A stretch of 64,000 bases of DNA from IMG/VR virus record IMGVR_UViG_3300025881_000013; one strand, 5' to 3'. A model generated the notes under the pieces. It searched no databases. It saw nothing but the letters and a program-made list of their open reading frames with translations, and was not told the DNA's origin. The stretch comes from an uncultured virus (IMG/VR IMGVR_UViG_3300025881_000013). Taxonomy: Duplodnaviria > Heunggongvirae > Uroviricota > Caudoviricetes. Both the position numbers and the translations under genes were made by a program. This document shows, piece by piece, positions 48,561-58,000 of this stretch (positions within the stretch are counted from its first letter, which is position 1; each line of letters opens with the position of its first letter).

Positions 48561-49684
48561 ACATACTCACGAAACATATCAATCTTCACATAATTTTCCT
48601 CATCCTCAAGATGATTATACCCATAAAGTTCAAAATTTGCAAACATTATATGAAGTCGCTCATTAATAAATTCTTCCCTTGTTTCGGGAGAAATATATTT
48701 ATTTTGCAGAGAAAACTGAATAGCAATCTTTGCATAATTAATCAAAGTTTTTCTCCAGGTCTCTCTCATTGTTTTCACTTCTTCTGCCGTTTGTGCTTTT
48801 TTAGTGAAAATAATGTGACGAATCTTATTATTTGGATTCATAAACAAATTCCACAATTTAGCAGGAGCATTTGCGCCAGCGTCATCCATACAAATCAAAC
48901 TGACTTTATATCCATCATTACCATTTCCAAGTTCATGATCTTTGACTTCTTGCTTAATTACTCTCTCATCTTTATCATTGATTTTCACAGCAGTGGAAAA
49001 TCCTTTGTTTACTAAATTTCTGATAGTTCCCCTTGGAACTTTATGCCAAAATACCTGATTGATTCCAAACTCTGTATCATAAGCATGATCAAATTCATCA
49101 TCCCCATAGATAATTTCTCCGGTCACAGGATTAACGGGTTGCCCATGATACCAGGAAATACCTTTATCTTTTTGTGCCCACATTTGTTGTGCAATTTGCT
49201 TCATACTCAATTCTCTATGTGGTTTATGTTGCAGATCAGCAGACATCGCCTCAGAAAATGATGATATTCTTTCATCATATCCCTCAACAGGTGTCATTAA
49301 CCTAGTTGGATAATACTTATATCCATTGTTTTTAAGAATATTATGACGAGTTCTAGCACTCTTTCCTGAAACATTATTTGTCCCAGGGATAGGAACTGCA
49401 TGTCCTGGTTCAAAAGAATGATCAAATCCCGTTGCTTGTAAATTACTCTCTACTTTTTCATAATTTGTGTGATCATTTATTTTAGTATTTGCATCACACT
49501 CATAATCAGACTCCCAATTTTCAATTGGGATCATCTTAACATCTCCACCATCAATCCATTCATACCCCTCTTTACAATCGGGTGCTTTTGGAAATTTTTG
49601 TGCGTTAATTACGCCGAAGGAATGCTTACTCATTGTTTTTTTAAAGGTTGTTTCAAGAATACCATGTATATATGAATCTTTCAA
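48557..49684 (-). CDS. Hypothetical protein with ParB/Srx-like N-terminal region
   Basis: VESNLQATGF...PGHAV...GKSARTRHNILKNNG..YYP resembles the ParB N-domain pattern; divergent. Confidence 0.55.
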   Translation of the reverse strand: MKDSYIHGILETTFKKTMSKHSFGVINAQKFPKAPDCKEGYEWIDGGDVKMIPIENWESDYECDANTKINDHTNYEKVESNLQATGFDHSFEPGHAVPIPGTNNVSGKSARTRHNILKNNGYKYYPTRLMTPVEGYDERISSFSEAMSADLQHKPHRELSMKQIAQQMWAQKDKGISWYHGQPVNPVTGEIIYGDDEFDHAYDTEFGINQVFWHKVPRGTIRNLVNKGFSTAVKINDKDERVIKQEVKDHELGNGNDGYKVSLICMDDAGANAPAKLWNLFMNPNNKIRHIIFTKKAQTAEEVKTMRETWRKTLINYAKIAIQFSLQNKYISPETREEFINERLHIMFANFELYGYNHLEDEENYVKIDMFREYV

Positions 49685-49723
49685 GTGAGTTTGAAAGATT
49701 CATTAATAAATCAAAACATTAGA

Positions 49724-50866
49724 CTACATATAGTCTTTTAATTTAAGATACATGTTTGTAGATGTTGCAAGTTCTTTACTCTTACGTGGTCTTCTTTGAC
49801 CCCACTTAAGCATAAACTTTTTACCTTTATCATTCTTTTCACGAACACCCTCAAACTTTGGTTCATTGGTTGCAAACCATGCTCCATTCTTTTGCAGTGT
49901 GCATGGTTGATTAATACTAATGATTACACCATCAGCATCACAGATATGATAGAAAACTGATTGTCCTCTACTCTCCAACTCAACATGAGTTGCTGCCTTT
50001 ACACGATTGCAAAGTTTATGATAATCCTCATTAGTAACAGAGAATAGATATTCACCTTTACCAAGACAGAGTAGATGCTCATCAGATACTAAACCAGTTG
50101 CTTTCTGCATTCTACCAAGAACCGATTCATTAGGTAGAAATGAAAGTGCCTCAACAACAAGAGGTGCAACTTCAGTACCAACAGAAGAACAATCCTTCTT
50201 CCACTGATCTGCTACATTTTCATAATGCTCTGCCTCTGGACTATTAATATAGTAGTCACGAATACTATCATTAATATTATCCAACTTACCAAAGAAAGGA
50301 AGTAATTCAGGATATTGTCTCATTACAAGTCCATCACGATACTCTCTATTGCTTCCCTTAAACTTTACACCATAAGGTGAAATATACATTCCAGGAGAAC
50401 AATCAGTATTATCAAATAAGATGTTATTTAATGTAGAATTAAATGTTCCTGAACATACCTGAATAGAAGAATATCCATTCTGATAATTCTTAACACTAAC
50501 AGAGATTTTCTCACCATCATCAAAATGAATAAGAATATCACCTTTCTTTCCTAAATTGCGATACTCTGTATCTACACACTGAAAATAAAACTTACGATCA
50601 GGATATTTCTTAATAAGATCCTGAACTATAGACTGATATGTTGCTTCTATATTTTTAGAATACTTACTCTTAGAGAACTTAGTCTCAATATTACCGTCTA
50701 CACATGCCTTCTCAAATTCCTTATTGATTTCTGAAGAAATGCTCTTAGAGGCAACTCCTAATCTCTCTGCCTCTTCTTGTAAACGTGCGGTCAATCGAAT
50801 CTCTGCTGCATCTTGAATATAATGCTCGATTGATGTTCCTGCACCTTGCTTTTTTGTTTTGGACAC
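49724..50866 (-). CDS. Putative PD-(D/E)xK restriction-endonuclease-like protein
   Basis: KKGDILIHFDDGEKISVSVKNY (K-x-D...S-x-K) motif; GTG start with AGGAG; in an operon with methyltransferase genes. Confidence 0.6.
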   Translation of the reverse strand: MSKTKKQGAGTSIEHYIQDAAEIRLTARLQEEAERLGVASKSISSEINKEFEKACVDGNIETKFSKSKYSKNIEATYQSIVQDLIKKYPDRKFYFQCVDTEYRNLGKKGDILIHFDDGEKISVSVKNYQNGYSSIQVCSGTFNSTLNNILFDNTDCSPGMYISPYGVKFKGSNREYRDGLVMRQYPELLPFFGKLDNINDSIRDYYINSPEAEHYENVADQWKKDCSSVGTEVAPLVVEALSFLPNESVLGRMQKATGLVSDEHLLCLGKGEYLFSVTNEDYHKLCNRVKAATHVELESRGQSVFYHICDADGVIISINQPCTLQKNGAWFATNEPKFEGVREKNDKGKKFMLKWGQRRPRKSKELATSTNMYLKLKDYM

Positions 50867-50909
50867 AATTACAATCTCCTTAAAGACTAATGTTGATCGG
50901 GGATTTCTC

Positions 50910-50976
50910 CCATGAATCTAATATATCACCGATTCATGGTAATGTCAAGCATCTGAACCGGTTTGCCGACTGGCAC
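50910..50976 (-). promoter_or_regulatory. Sigma70 promoter with operator-like inverted repeat and upstream cassette palindrome
   Basis: TTGACA-17-TATATT (50948-50920); CCATGAATC-N12-GATTCATGG; GTGCCA-N10-CGGTTC. Confidence 0.7.
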
Positions 50977-50979
50977 ACT

Positions 50980-51396
50980 CTATTCCTCATTTAACCACTG
51001 ATCATATAGCCTTACTTCTTCCTTCCGTGCCTCAATTTCATGTGGTTGATCCCAATAATCATAATTCTCCACCGGTTCCTGACAATACCTCATTTTTCCA
51101 TGATGAAACCGCAGAGAACCACCTACCCACTGTGCCAGATGAGTCAGTTCATGAAAAAGAGTTTTTATATACATCTCCTCAGACATACGTGCCTGAAGTT
51201 CAATCAAGAAGTGTCGTGGCCGATAATCATTACCAATCACATCACAATACCCAACAACACCATCACGTTTGAGACCTTTATGTTCAATCTCTACCACAAT
51301 TTTGTGTCGTGGGAAAAATTCACTCAAAAACCAATGGGCAATATCCTCACACCGTTTTTGAGAATAACCGTATCCACTATGAAAGATGTAAGACAT
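50980..51396 (-). CDS. Zinc metallopeptidase-like protein (HExxH)
   Basis: TLFHELTHLAQW and YWDQPHEIEA motifs. Confidence 0.8.
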   Translation of the reverse strand: MSYIFHSGYGYSQKRCEDIAHWFLSEFFPRHKIVVEIEHKGLKRDGVVGYCDVIGNDYRPRHFLIELQARMSEEMYIKTLFHELTHLAQWVGGSLRFHHGKMRYCQEPVENYDYWDQPHEIEARKEEVRLYDQWLNEE

Positions 51397-51767
51397 GTTC
51401 CCCAATGTAAAACCCAGATAAAAGATGATAAGAATAAAAGTTTTTCTTTAGCAGTCATGCTGGTGTTACACTCCATTCATCTGTCGGAACCATTGTATTG
51501 ATAATGTGCTCAACATTTTTGATTCCATAGACTACAACTTGCTGAGTTGAAGTGTAACCATTTTTCTTCTCACGTTTCCATGAGACAATCCATCGATCAG
51601 ATGATGCTTTCATTGTTCAGTCTCAGAATTTTTTTCTTTGCAAGTACAGACTTCAATCAGTGATCCTAATTTGTTCAGTAAATTCTGATTTAATTCAGGA
51701 TAATCAGCATCTCCTTTACCCAGAAGATATACAAGATGCTTTATCTCATTCTTTGTTAGATTTACAA

Positions 51768-52151
51768 TCATCCGTCACACCATCCCATAATTTCACAACC
51801 TTCATCACTTAACATTTCTTCCTTAATACCATTTGCCTTACATACTTCCCAGTCTTCATAGGTGCAATCACGGAGATACTTTCCATCCTTATCATGCACT
51901 GAGGCATATTGTTGAATAGGAAGATCCCACTTTAATCCCATCTCTTTGTATTCAGCGTAATACTCATCATCCCAAATATCCCAGTCAATGGGTTCTACAT
52001 CCATACCCTTCTCTAATCCATACTTCTCCACACATGCATCAGTCAACCACAAATAACCAGAGTGATTCTGATCCCAATTGTAATACTCACCATCAACCTC
52101 ATCTAACATATCAAGATCAGATTGTTCCGTGAGATCGTATTCGTGTGCCAT
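51768..52151 (-). CDS. Hypothetical acidic protein
   Basis: 127-aa ORF in the early operon. Confidence 0.7.
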   Translation of the reverse strand: MAHEYDLTEQSDLDMLDEVDGEYYNWDQNHSGYLWLTDACVEKYGLEKGMDVEPIDWDIWDDEYYAEYKEMGLKWDLPIQQYASVHDKDGKYLRDCTYEDWEVCKANGIKEEMLSDEGCEIMGWCDG

Positions 52152-52187
52152 AATAATTCAGTGTTTAATGAAAAGATTTGGGAATAA

Positions 52188-52556
52188 TCAACGAATGTAA
52201 AGATAACCACCTGCCCAATCACAGTTCTCCAACACAAACTCACGTTCTTCGATGATTAGCAGATTGAAACGAACACCTTTTGCTGGTGCCTTGTATGATG
52301 CTGCCTTGTATACTTCACCAGTTTTCTTATCAATGAAGGCATGAACTGATTCCGTCTGACCATCGACACACTGCATCACTTTATGATACTTACGACCGGA
52401 GATCAGTGCATAAGAATAGTTACGACCATTTGGATGTTGACGCTGATGAGACTGTTGCAGTGCATCACAAAGCATGAGAGCATACTTGGTGACATTCAAC
52501 TGAATGGTGTTACGTGCATCCTGTTGAGCAACGTAGTCAGTGAAAGTGGCAGTCAT
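52188..52556 (-). CDS. Conserved phage hypothetical early protein
   Basis: GRKYHKV..SVHAFIDKKTGEVYKAAS.KAPAKGVRFN..DWAGGYLY. Confidence 0.85.
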   Translation of the reverse strand: MTATFTDYVAQQDARNTIQLNVTKYALMLCDALQQSHQRQHPNGRNYSYALISGRKYHKVMQCVDGQTESVHAFIDKKTGEVYKAASYKAPAKGVRFNLLIIEEREFVLENCDWAGGYLYIR

Positions 52557-52579
52557 GGTGGTTTCCCTTGTATGAACAT

Positions 52580-52637
52580 ATTATAGGGCATCCTGAGAGG
52601 GTTTCAGGATGCATTGGGACACTTAGGCAACTGGACC
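52580..52637 (-). promoter_or_regulatory. Early promoter cassette with 9-bp hairpin
   Basis: GGTCCA-N10-TGTCCC, GCATCCTGA/TCAGGATGC hairpin, TATAAT. Confidence 0.7.
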
Positions 52638-53036
52638 AGCAGGGATTTCCACAGGTTCTGGTGCTACCATATCTTCAAACTGATGCATGTCATAAGCAAA
52701 CCAGTTACCATTACGGAAGATGTAGGAGTATTCTTCACCATCAGAGAAAAACTCTTCCATATCTTTGTCAAGACGTGGTGCATTATCTTCAAGAGATTCA
52801 CCACGCATAGTATAATACAGAGCACCAGACTCAGGCAGAGTTTCATTACCCCAACCAGAATTAGTCCAGGTGCAGGACATATCACCACCATCAATCAGTT
52901 CTTTTACTTTCTCAACGGTATCATAGTTGTCACGCAGAACTTTACCATTGAACGCAGGATATCCATCATAATGACAATAAACAGAAACGATGCTCTCATC
53001 TTGAAGTTGGATGCCGATGCGGGAACGGGTACCCAT
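52623..53036 (-). CDS. Conserved phage hypothetical early protein
   Basis: MGTRSRIG...SVYCHYDGYP...LIDGGDMS motif. Confidence 0.85.
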   Translation of the reverse strand: MGTRSRIGIQLQDESIVSVYCHYDGYPAFNGKVLRDNYDTVEKVKELIDGGDMSCTWTNSGWGNETLPESGALYYTMRGESLEDNAPRLDKDMEEFFSDGEEYSYIFRNGNWFAYDMHQFEDMVAPEPVEIPAGPVA

Positions 53037-53048
53037 GGTGCCTTTGCT

Positions 53049-53119
53049 TGATTACCTCTATATTATAAGGCATAAAAAAGACCCTGTAAGGGTCAGTGTG
53101 ACACTTCTCAAACTGTCTC
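53049..53119 (-). promoter_or_regulatory. Early promoter cassette (class B) with embedded terminator
   Basis: GAGACA-N10-TGTCAC, then GACCCT-TAC-AGGGTC-TTTTTT, TATAAT, AGGTAATCAAG. Confidence 0.75.
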
Positions 53120-53121
53120 AA

Positions 53122-53349
53122 TCAGTCTTCATAAACCAAACATTCGGGTTCTGATGGGTTCTGATCACAGAACAACTCAAGGTATGACGGATCGTGATGA
53201 TCACCTGCTTCAATTTCTTTCTTATGATGTTCAGCATATTCTTCCAATTCATGTAGTTCACCTTCAATGTGACGACGTTGATTGGGAGAGATCATAGGAT
53301 TGTCAAGGATTTCTTTGTCCTTGGCGATGTGAGTTTCGATGTTTTCCAT
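53122..53349 (-). CDS. cp12: CP12 Calvin-cycle inhibitor (auxiliary metabolic gene)
   Basis: C-terminal LELFCDQNPSEPECLVYED signature and phage-type N-terminus HIAKDKEIL..RRHIE.EL. Confidence 0.92.
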   Translation of the reverse strand: MENIETHIAKDKEILDNPMISPNQRRHIEGELHELEEYAEHHKKEIEAGDHHDPSYLELFCDQNPSEPECLVYED

Positions 53350-53370
53350 TGTGCTACTGTTCTTATACTT

Positions 53371-53568
53371 TTATTTATTTTGACTTTTTGCCTTTTCTAC
53401 CAAATAATGAGCAAGAGCTTCCATTCTTTCAGGATGAATTGCACGTATATCTGCCTCTTTTAGGGCAATTTTCATGCTTTTTTCCTCCATTTCGGTCAAT
53501 TTCTTGCCGTTTTTTGGTAAAGTCATAGATTTCTTTCGGTGTGTTGATATTCTAACATTAGAATCCAA
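53371..53568 (-). CDS. Hypothetical protein (start probably MTLPK)
   Basis: IRAIHPERMEALA motif. Confidence 0.65.
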   Translation of the reverse strand: MDSNVRISTHRKKSMTLPKNGKKLTEMEEKSMKIALKEADIRAIHPERMEALAHYLVEKAKSQNK

Positions 53569-53600
53569 TATTATCTAGGAATTTAAGTTTTTATTCACAT

Positions 53601-53831
53601 TTATTCATCAGTATTAAACCAAGAGTCAAAGATGCCACTATCTCCAGGATTACGATTTTCAAGTTTATCAAGAATTTCATCAGTAGAGATAACTGATTCT
53701 ATTTTACTTATCATCTCTGCAATATTGTTGCAAACCATTGGTCTTTCTTGCCTTGCCGCAAATGCAAGTGCATTGCGAAGTGATTGTTCTGCTTCTTTGA
53801 GTGATGCTTCGACTGATTCTGAGAGTGCCAT
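53601..53831 (-). CDS. Hypothetical protein
   Basis: MALSESVEASLKEAEQSLRNALAFAARQERP. Confidence 0.7.
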   Translation of the reverse strand: MALSESVEASLKEAEQSLRNALAFAARQERPMVCNNIAEMISKIESVISTDEILDKLENRNPGDSGIFDSWFNTDE

Positions 53832-53841
53832 TTTTTTATTA

Positions 53842-53997
53842 TTAAGAGTCAAGTTGATCTTTGATTGCTCGATTTACAATTTCCTGAATTTCCTTACTTG
53901 TCATACCATTTAAGAACTTCCAATTAGGATCATCTTTATCCCATTCAAGACTAAAGGTTCCGTCTTTATTCTGGTCTACTTTCAGACTGTCTTTCAT
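53842..53997 (-). CDS. 51-aa hypothetical protein (not in ORF track)
   Basis: MKDSLKVDQNKDGTFSLEWDKDDPNWKFLNGMTSKEIQ... Confidence 0.6.
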   Translation of the reverse strand: MKDSLKVDQNKDGTFSLEWDKDDPNWKFLNGMTSKEIQEIVNRAIKDQLDS

Positions 53998-54169
53998 TTT
54001 TCTTTAATTGCTTTCTAATCATTTTAGCATATAAAACTTCTTCTTGAGAATACCATTCAGGATGTTTTTTAGATCTTTTGATAATTTTTTTTGTTGCTTT
54101 TTTGTCGGATAAATCCACTTTAAGATTTGTTTGGATGTTTTAAGTATTTAACACTTTAACCTTCATATA

Positions 54170-54457
54170 CTAAAGTTTACCACTAACTATGCCACTATTC
54201 ACTACTCTAGTGCTACCTTCAGGCCAACCTTCTTGTTCACACTTAAGGTGCCATCGTGTCATAATAGTCACATTTTCTTTAATGGCACCAGTGAGCATTT
54301 GACGACCATCTTTGGTCATAGAAGAAAACAAACCATAACGAGTTGCCCAAACATAGAAACACTCGTCAATAAGTTCGGCACCTTCTGGTATAATGACTTC
54401 TGGTTTTGTATCAGTCTGAATCATTGTTCTCTTCGGGTGGTTTTTTATTAAATCCAA
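54170..54457 (-). CDS. Conserved cyanophage hypothetical protein
   Basis: IDECFYVW.TRYGL...TRWHLKC..EG..VSGKL; start probably MIQTD. Confidence 0.7.
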   Translation of the reverse strand: MDLIKNHPKRTMIQTDTKPEVIIPEGAELIDECFYVWATRYGLFSSMTKDGRQMLTGAIKENVTIMTRWHLKCEQEGWPEGSTRVVNSGIVSGKL

Positions 54458-54638
54458 AAGGTCCTACTTTAGTTTCAGATCTTTTCTTCATAACAACACC
54501 AGCAAGAGACTCCATAATTTTAAGGATGTCTTCTGCCTTAGCACCTTCACCAAGTTCTTTGGCAACATAAAAATACTTATCAAAGAACTCTTGACTGTGC
54601 TCTTTATAGTCTTCGACTGTGATTGGTTGATCTTTCAT
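54411..54638 (-). CDS. Hypothetical protein
   Basis: FFDKYFYVAKELG..KAEDILKIMESLAG. Confidence 0.7.
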   Translation of the reverse strand: MKDQPITVEDYKEHSQEFFDKYFYVAKELGEGAKAEDILKIMESLAGVVMKKRSETKVGPFGFNKKPPEENNDSD

Positions 54639-54913
54639 TTAAATTTACCGAGTGCTTCTTCTTCAAGTTTAACAAGAATTCTTCTTGATTGTTCCTTTTT
54701 GATTTTATTGTAAATGGATTCATGACGACGGATCTCTCCACCCATCGAACAATTTTTCTCCATTTCACTTACATAAAACTCCAATTGAAGAAGTTCCATA
54801 TCTTCAAAATCAAGTTTTGCTTCCTTGATGTTGTTCATTCTTTTCTTGTACCTTTCCAGTCCATCTTTCATTAATTGATCATATTCGTCGTCATTCATAA
54901 ATTGATCGCTCAT
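54635..54913 (-). CDS. Hypothetical protein
   Basis: ORF track; translationally coupled. Confidence 0.65.
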   Translation of the reverse strand: MSDQFMNDDEYDQLMKDGLERYKKRMNNIKEAKLDFEDMELLQLEFYVSEMEKNCSMGGEIRRHESIYNKIKKEQSRRILVKLEEEALGKFK

Positions 54914-55068
54914 TTTCCTCCTGTATCATAGTTTAGTTGATCATCTTGCTCTTTGAGTTTAGCACGTCTCACTCTATCATGAAGTTGCTTGAGTGCTTCA
55001 GTAACCTCAGGAGTTTCTTCCCACTCCCAAGTTTCACCACCCTTTCCAGTAAATTCTTTTTTAGTCAT
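54910..55068 (-). CDS. 52-aa hypothetical protein (not in ORF track)
   Basis: MTKKEFTGKGGETWEWEETPEVTEALKQLH; ATGA overlaps on both sides. Confidence 0.6.
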   Translation of the reverse strand: MTKKEFTGKGGETWEWEETPEVTEALKQLHDRVRRAKLKEQDDQLNYDTGGK

Positions 55069-55173
55069 GGATTTAAAGTTTTGTAGACAGCAGAGATACT
55101 CATGTGCCCGTGAATGTATCCTGCAAGGATTATAGCAAAGACGGACAGAAATATCAAGCCCGTTGCGATTAGG

Positions 55174-55431
55174 TTAGGCAACGGTGAGATCATTAATTGT
55201 GTATTTGTTTTTTCTGAGTTTGTATCGTTTAATGTGTGCTTGTCTGTGTTCATTACAATCAAAATGGCAGATTCGATCTTCATTTCCGTCCCTGTATTCT
55301 AATCGATAAGGGAATGCTTTAAATGGATGCATTTCTTCAGGTGTTAGATTCTTTTTCTTGGGAGTTTTTGTTGAACTCTTTGCCTTCGCTTTGCGAGTTG
55401 TAGTAGTCTTCTTTGCTGGCATTTTTCTCAA
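55174..55431 (-). CDS. Basic hypothetical protein with Lys/Thr-rich N-terminus
   Basis: PAKKTTTTRKAKAK...FPYRLE...CHFDC.EH...I.RYKL. Confidence 0.7.
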   Translation of the reverse strand: MRKMPAKKTTTTRKAKAKSSTKTPKKKNLTPEEMHPFKAFPYRLEYRDGNEDRICHFDCNEHRQAHIKRYKLRKNKYTINDLTVA

Positions 55432-55479
55432 TCATTTTTTCGTGTTGTTGAGCACCTAAGTTGTCTAAAAAATCATTCA

Positions 55480-55692
55480 TCATTTGAAACCTTTTACTTC
55501 TTTTTTATCTAGCACATCAATATGAGAGAGAAAAGATGTTGGAGTATTCCACCAGATTGATTGTGCTTCTTCCCATGATTCTACTGTAAGAGACTTACCA
55601 TCAGTTTTTGTAACTTTATAGTGATGTCGATCATAAGGTTCACTGGATGATTCTGTAAAGAACAATGGGTCGGAGGGATCAATTAAACTCAT
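55480..55692 (-). CDS. Hypothetical protein
   Basis: FTESSSEPYDRHHYKV..W..LSHIDVLD..KGF. Confidence 0.7.
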   Translation of the reverse strand: MSLIDPSDPLFFTESSSEPYDRHHYKVTKTDGKSLTVESWEEAQSIWWNTPTSFLSHIDVLDKKEVKGFK

Positions 55693-56102
55693 GGCATTTT
55701 CATAATTTGGGTTGTAACTTCTTGATGTCTTAGATACAATTTAATAAAGCATCTTGCCATTACTTTCATTGTATCAAGATCTTCACAGTTCTCAATTTCT
55801 CTGGATAGTTTTTCATATTCAAAGAGTTTAGATGTGGTCTCTAACTGTATGCTATCTGGATCCATGTCTTTTAGATATTCTAAACTACTATTTACCCCAG
55901 AATCTTTCAGTTCAAAGCATACTGAGTTAAACCATCCCTCCTTATTGTAAAGTTTTATTTTCGTATGTTGAGAACGAACATCCACTTTTTCAATAATATA
56001 TTCTTTACCAATTATAAGATGTGAAGTGGGATCATCATTGTTTCCCCATCTTATTTGCTCTTCAGAGCATCCCGTGTATTCTATAACATCATTCTTTTTC
56101 AT
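55689..56102 (-). CDS. Hypothetical protein (possible two-domain fusion)
   Basis: GCSEEQIRWGNNDDP..FNSVCF followed by MDPDSIQL..FEYEKLSREI. Confidence 0.7.
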   Translation of the reverse strand: MKKNDVIEYTGCSEEQIRWGNNDDPTSHLIIGKEYIIEKVDVRSQHTKIKLYNKEGWFNSVCFELKDSGVNSSLEYLKDMDPDSIQLETTSKLFEYEKLSREIENCEDLDTMKVMARCFIKLYLRHQEVTTQIMKMP

Positions 56103-56460
56103 TTGTAATCATGCGATCTATTGCGATTAAAGTATCATAAGGAATCCATGCAGGATTTTCATCATCAAACTGAACCTGAACTTCCTTCACACTCTTTTCT
56201 AAGAACTTGGAATAAGAAGTTCTGGTGTTCTTTACATAGGAGATTGGATTGATCATTTTATTTAAACAAAGGAAAGAGTGGGGGAGCAATATCATAGTAT
56301 CCCATATTATACCAATAACAATCAATCAATCTCAACTTCTCAGTGATTGTATTCTCTTCATTATAGGGATCAAGTGCCGTAAAATTCTCACAAATTCTCA
56401 CAATCTCTTGTGGAACCTGTATTTTGGTCCATGTGTTAGGATCATCAACAAAAACTGGTA

Positions 56461-56703
56461 TCATACTACAACCTGTTCCCATGCTTTCTTAAAGTTTTTA
56501 TCCCAGTTTTCAGTATAAACTGGAAGGAAAGAGTTTAGTGCATAACAAATATCAACAATTTTCATTTGATTTTGTTCATCTACAGCCTCTTGCAATTCAT
56601 CCAACATAAATTCTACTGTAGAAATTCGGGAAAATGATTGCTCAAGATTGTTCATGACTGTCCAAGTTTCATCGGGCATCAGGTTTCTCTTGTTTATACC
56701 CAT
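56461..56703 (-). CDS. Hypothetical protein
   Basis: TWTVMNNLEQSFS..WDKNFKKAW; start probably MPDET. Confidence 0.6.
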   Translation of the reverse strand: MGINKRNLMPDETWTVMNNLEQSFSRISTVEFMLDELQEAVDEQNQMKIVDICYALNSFLPVYTENWDKNFKKAWEQVVV

Positions 56704-56887
56704 ATTCTATCACAATTTCCTTGTGTGTGCTCACTGTGTCTGATAAGGATCTCTTATGTATTTTGTAGTCATGACCTTCTTGACCCAGTTCTTTTGCAAA
56801 CTGATGCAGTAAGTTCCAATTTAAGTTCTGATCCATTGCTTCAGTGCAACTTGTGTTATATTTAACACTATGGATTTCTTGGGTCAA
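56669..56887 (-). CDS. Hypothetical protein
   Basis: ORF track; start probably MDQNL. Confidence 0.55.
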   Translation of the reverse strand: MTQEIHSVKYNTSCTEAMDQNLNWNLLHQFAKELGQEGHDYKIHKRSLSDTVSTHKEIVIEYGYKQEKPDAR

Positions 56888-56991
56888 TACCTAAACTTTC
56901 AAGATAATCAATCCACCAATCAGCATCTTTCATATACTTCCAATTGGGGACAGGTTTACCTTGTTCTACAGCATAATATTCATATAAAGCA

Positions 56992-57201
56992 TCATCGATA
57001 ATCTGTGCGGTTTCCATATTCTTCTTCCTCCTCATCAACATCCGCATATGCATCTGCCACATATGGTCCGTGTGGTTTTTTGGATTCTGTTCGGACATAA
57101 TTCTGTTCTTGGTTAACAGCTGCAATCCACAGTGAAAGTTTCATAACGATCCAAATCAATACCAGAGGTAAAAAACAAGCAATAAGGATTAGGGGTTTCA
57201 T
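56992..57201 (-). CDS. Small membrane-anchored protein
   Basis: N-terminal hydrophobic helix and acidic tail. Confidence 0.65.
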   Translation of the reverse strand: MKPLILIACFLPLVLIWIVMKLSLWIAAVNQEQNYVRTESKKPHGPYVADAYADVDEEEEEYGNRTDYR

Positions 57202-57434
57202 ACAAACATTCCATTCTCACTCATATATTGAAGTGTTTCTTTCATGCTACCAATGTGATGATAACCGATTGATACTTGAGGATATGTTGCCTCTGAACCA
57301 AATTCTGACTCAAATGCCTTATCATCAAAGTCAACACCTAACACATATTCATGAAAGTTATCCCCAAGAAATTTTATGAGAGATGCCATTCTCTCACACT
57401 CCTGACTTCCGTTGCTGTAAATTACTGCCTGCAT
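57198..57434 (-). CDS. Glutaredoxin-like protein (single Cys)
   Basis: AVIYSNGSQECER, FESEFG..ATYPQV..G..HIG..KET; thioredoxin-fold cis-Pro motif. Confidence 0.75.
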   Translation of the reverse strand: MQAVIYSNGSQECERMASLIKFLGDNFHEYVLGVDFDDKAFESEFGSEATYPQVSIGYHHIGSMKETLQYMSENGMFV

Positions 57435-57435
57435 T

Positions 57436-57750
57436 TTAATCTCTTTGCCTCCAATCGTCTCTTTTTTCATGATTAAACCAATCTACAATTTCATCAGCAG
57501 ATCCAAATCCCGTTTTATATTCGGATGGGTCGGGATCACCTAACCCCATCCGATTAAGAAAATCATCCATACTACCTTCCTCAATGTTTTGTGAAGATTG
57601 TCTTCTTGCTTTTTTCAACATTTCATAGGCAGTTGTGTTTGCTTTCGCAAGTTTTTGTGCCCATACCATATCATCAAGTTTTACCTCTTCGTTATTTGCA
57701 ATACATTTACAAATAAATTCTAACCGAAGACGGTAGTTTGTAGACAGCAT
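57436..57750 (-). CDS. Conserved cyanophage hypothetical protein
   Basis: MLSTNYRLRLEFICKCI..DDFLNRMGLGDPDP..DWRQRD. Confidence 0.8.
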   Translation of the reverse strand: MLSTNYRLRLEFICKCIANNEEVKLDDMVWAQKLAKANTTAYEMLKKARRQSSQNIEEGSMDDFLNRMGLGDPDPSEYKTGFGSADEIVDWFNHEKRDDWRQRD

Positions 57751-57751
57751 A

Positions 57752-58000
57752 TTATTCTTTTGCCTCTAGGTGTTTATTTATTTTTGCTCGCAATTCCTTT
57801 GCAAGATTGAGATTTTTACGGTATATCATATATTTTACCACAGGATTGGCAGGATTATTTTTTAACCACCACAATTCCTTTCTAATGTTTGTATTCACTA
57901 ACTGAAGAACATAATCAAATGCTTTTGCGACATTTGGATCAATGACTATCACATATAAAATAACTCCAAATACCAAAAAAAGCACATATTGTGCTGTCAT
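57752..58000 (-). CDS. Small membrane-anchored protein
   Basis: N-terminal transmembrane segment followed by DPNVA. Confidence 0.7.
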   Translation of the reverse strand: MTAQYVLFLVFGVILYVIVIDPNVAKAFDYVLQLVNTNIRKELWWLKNNPANPVVKYMIYRKNLNLAKELRAKINKHLEAKE

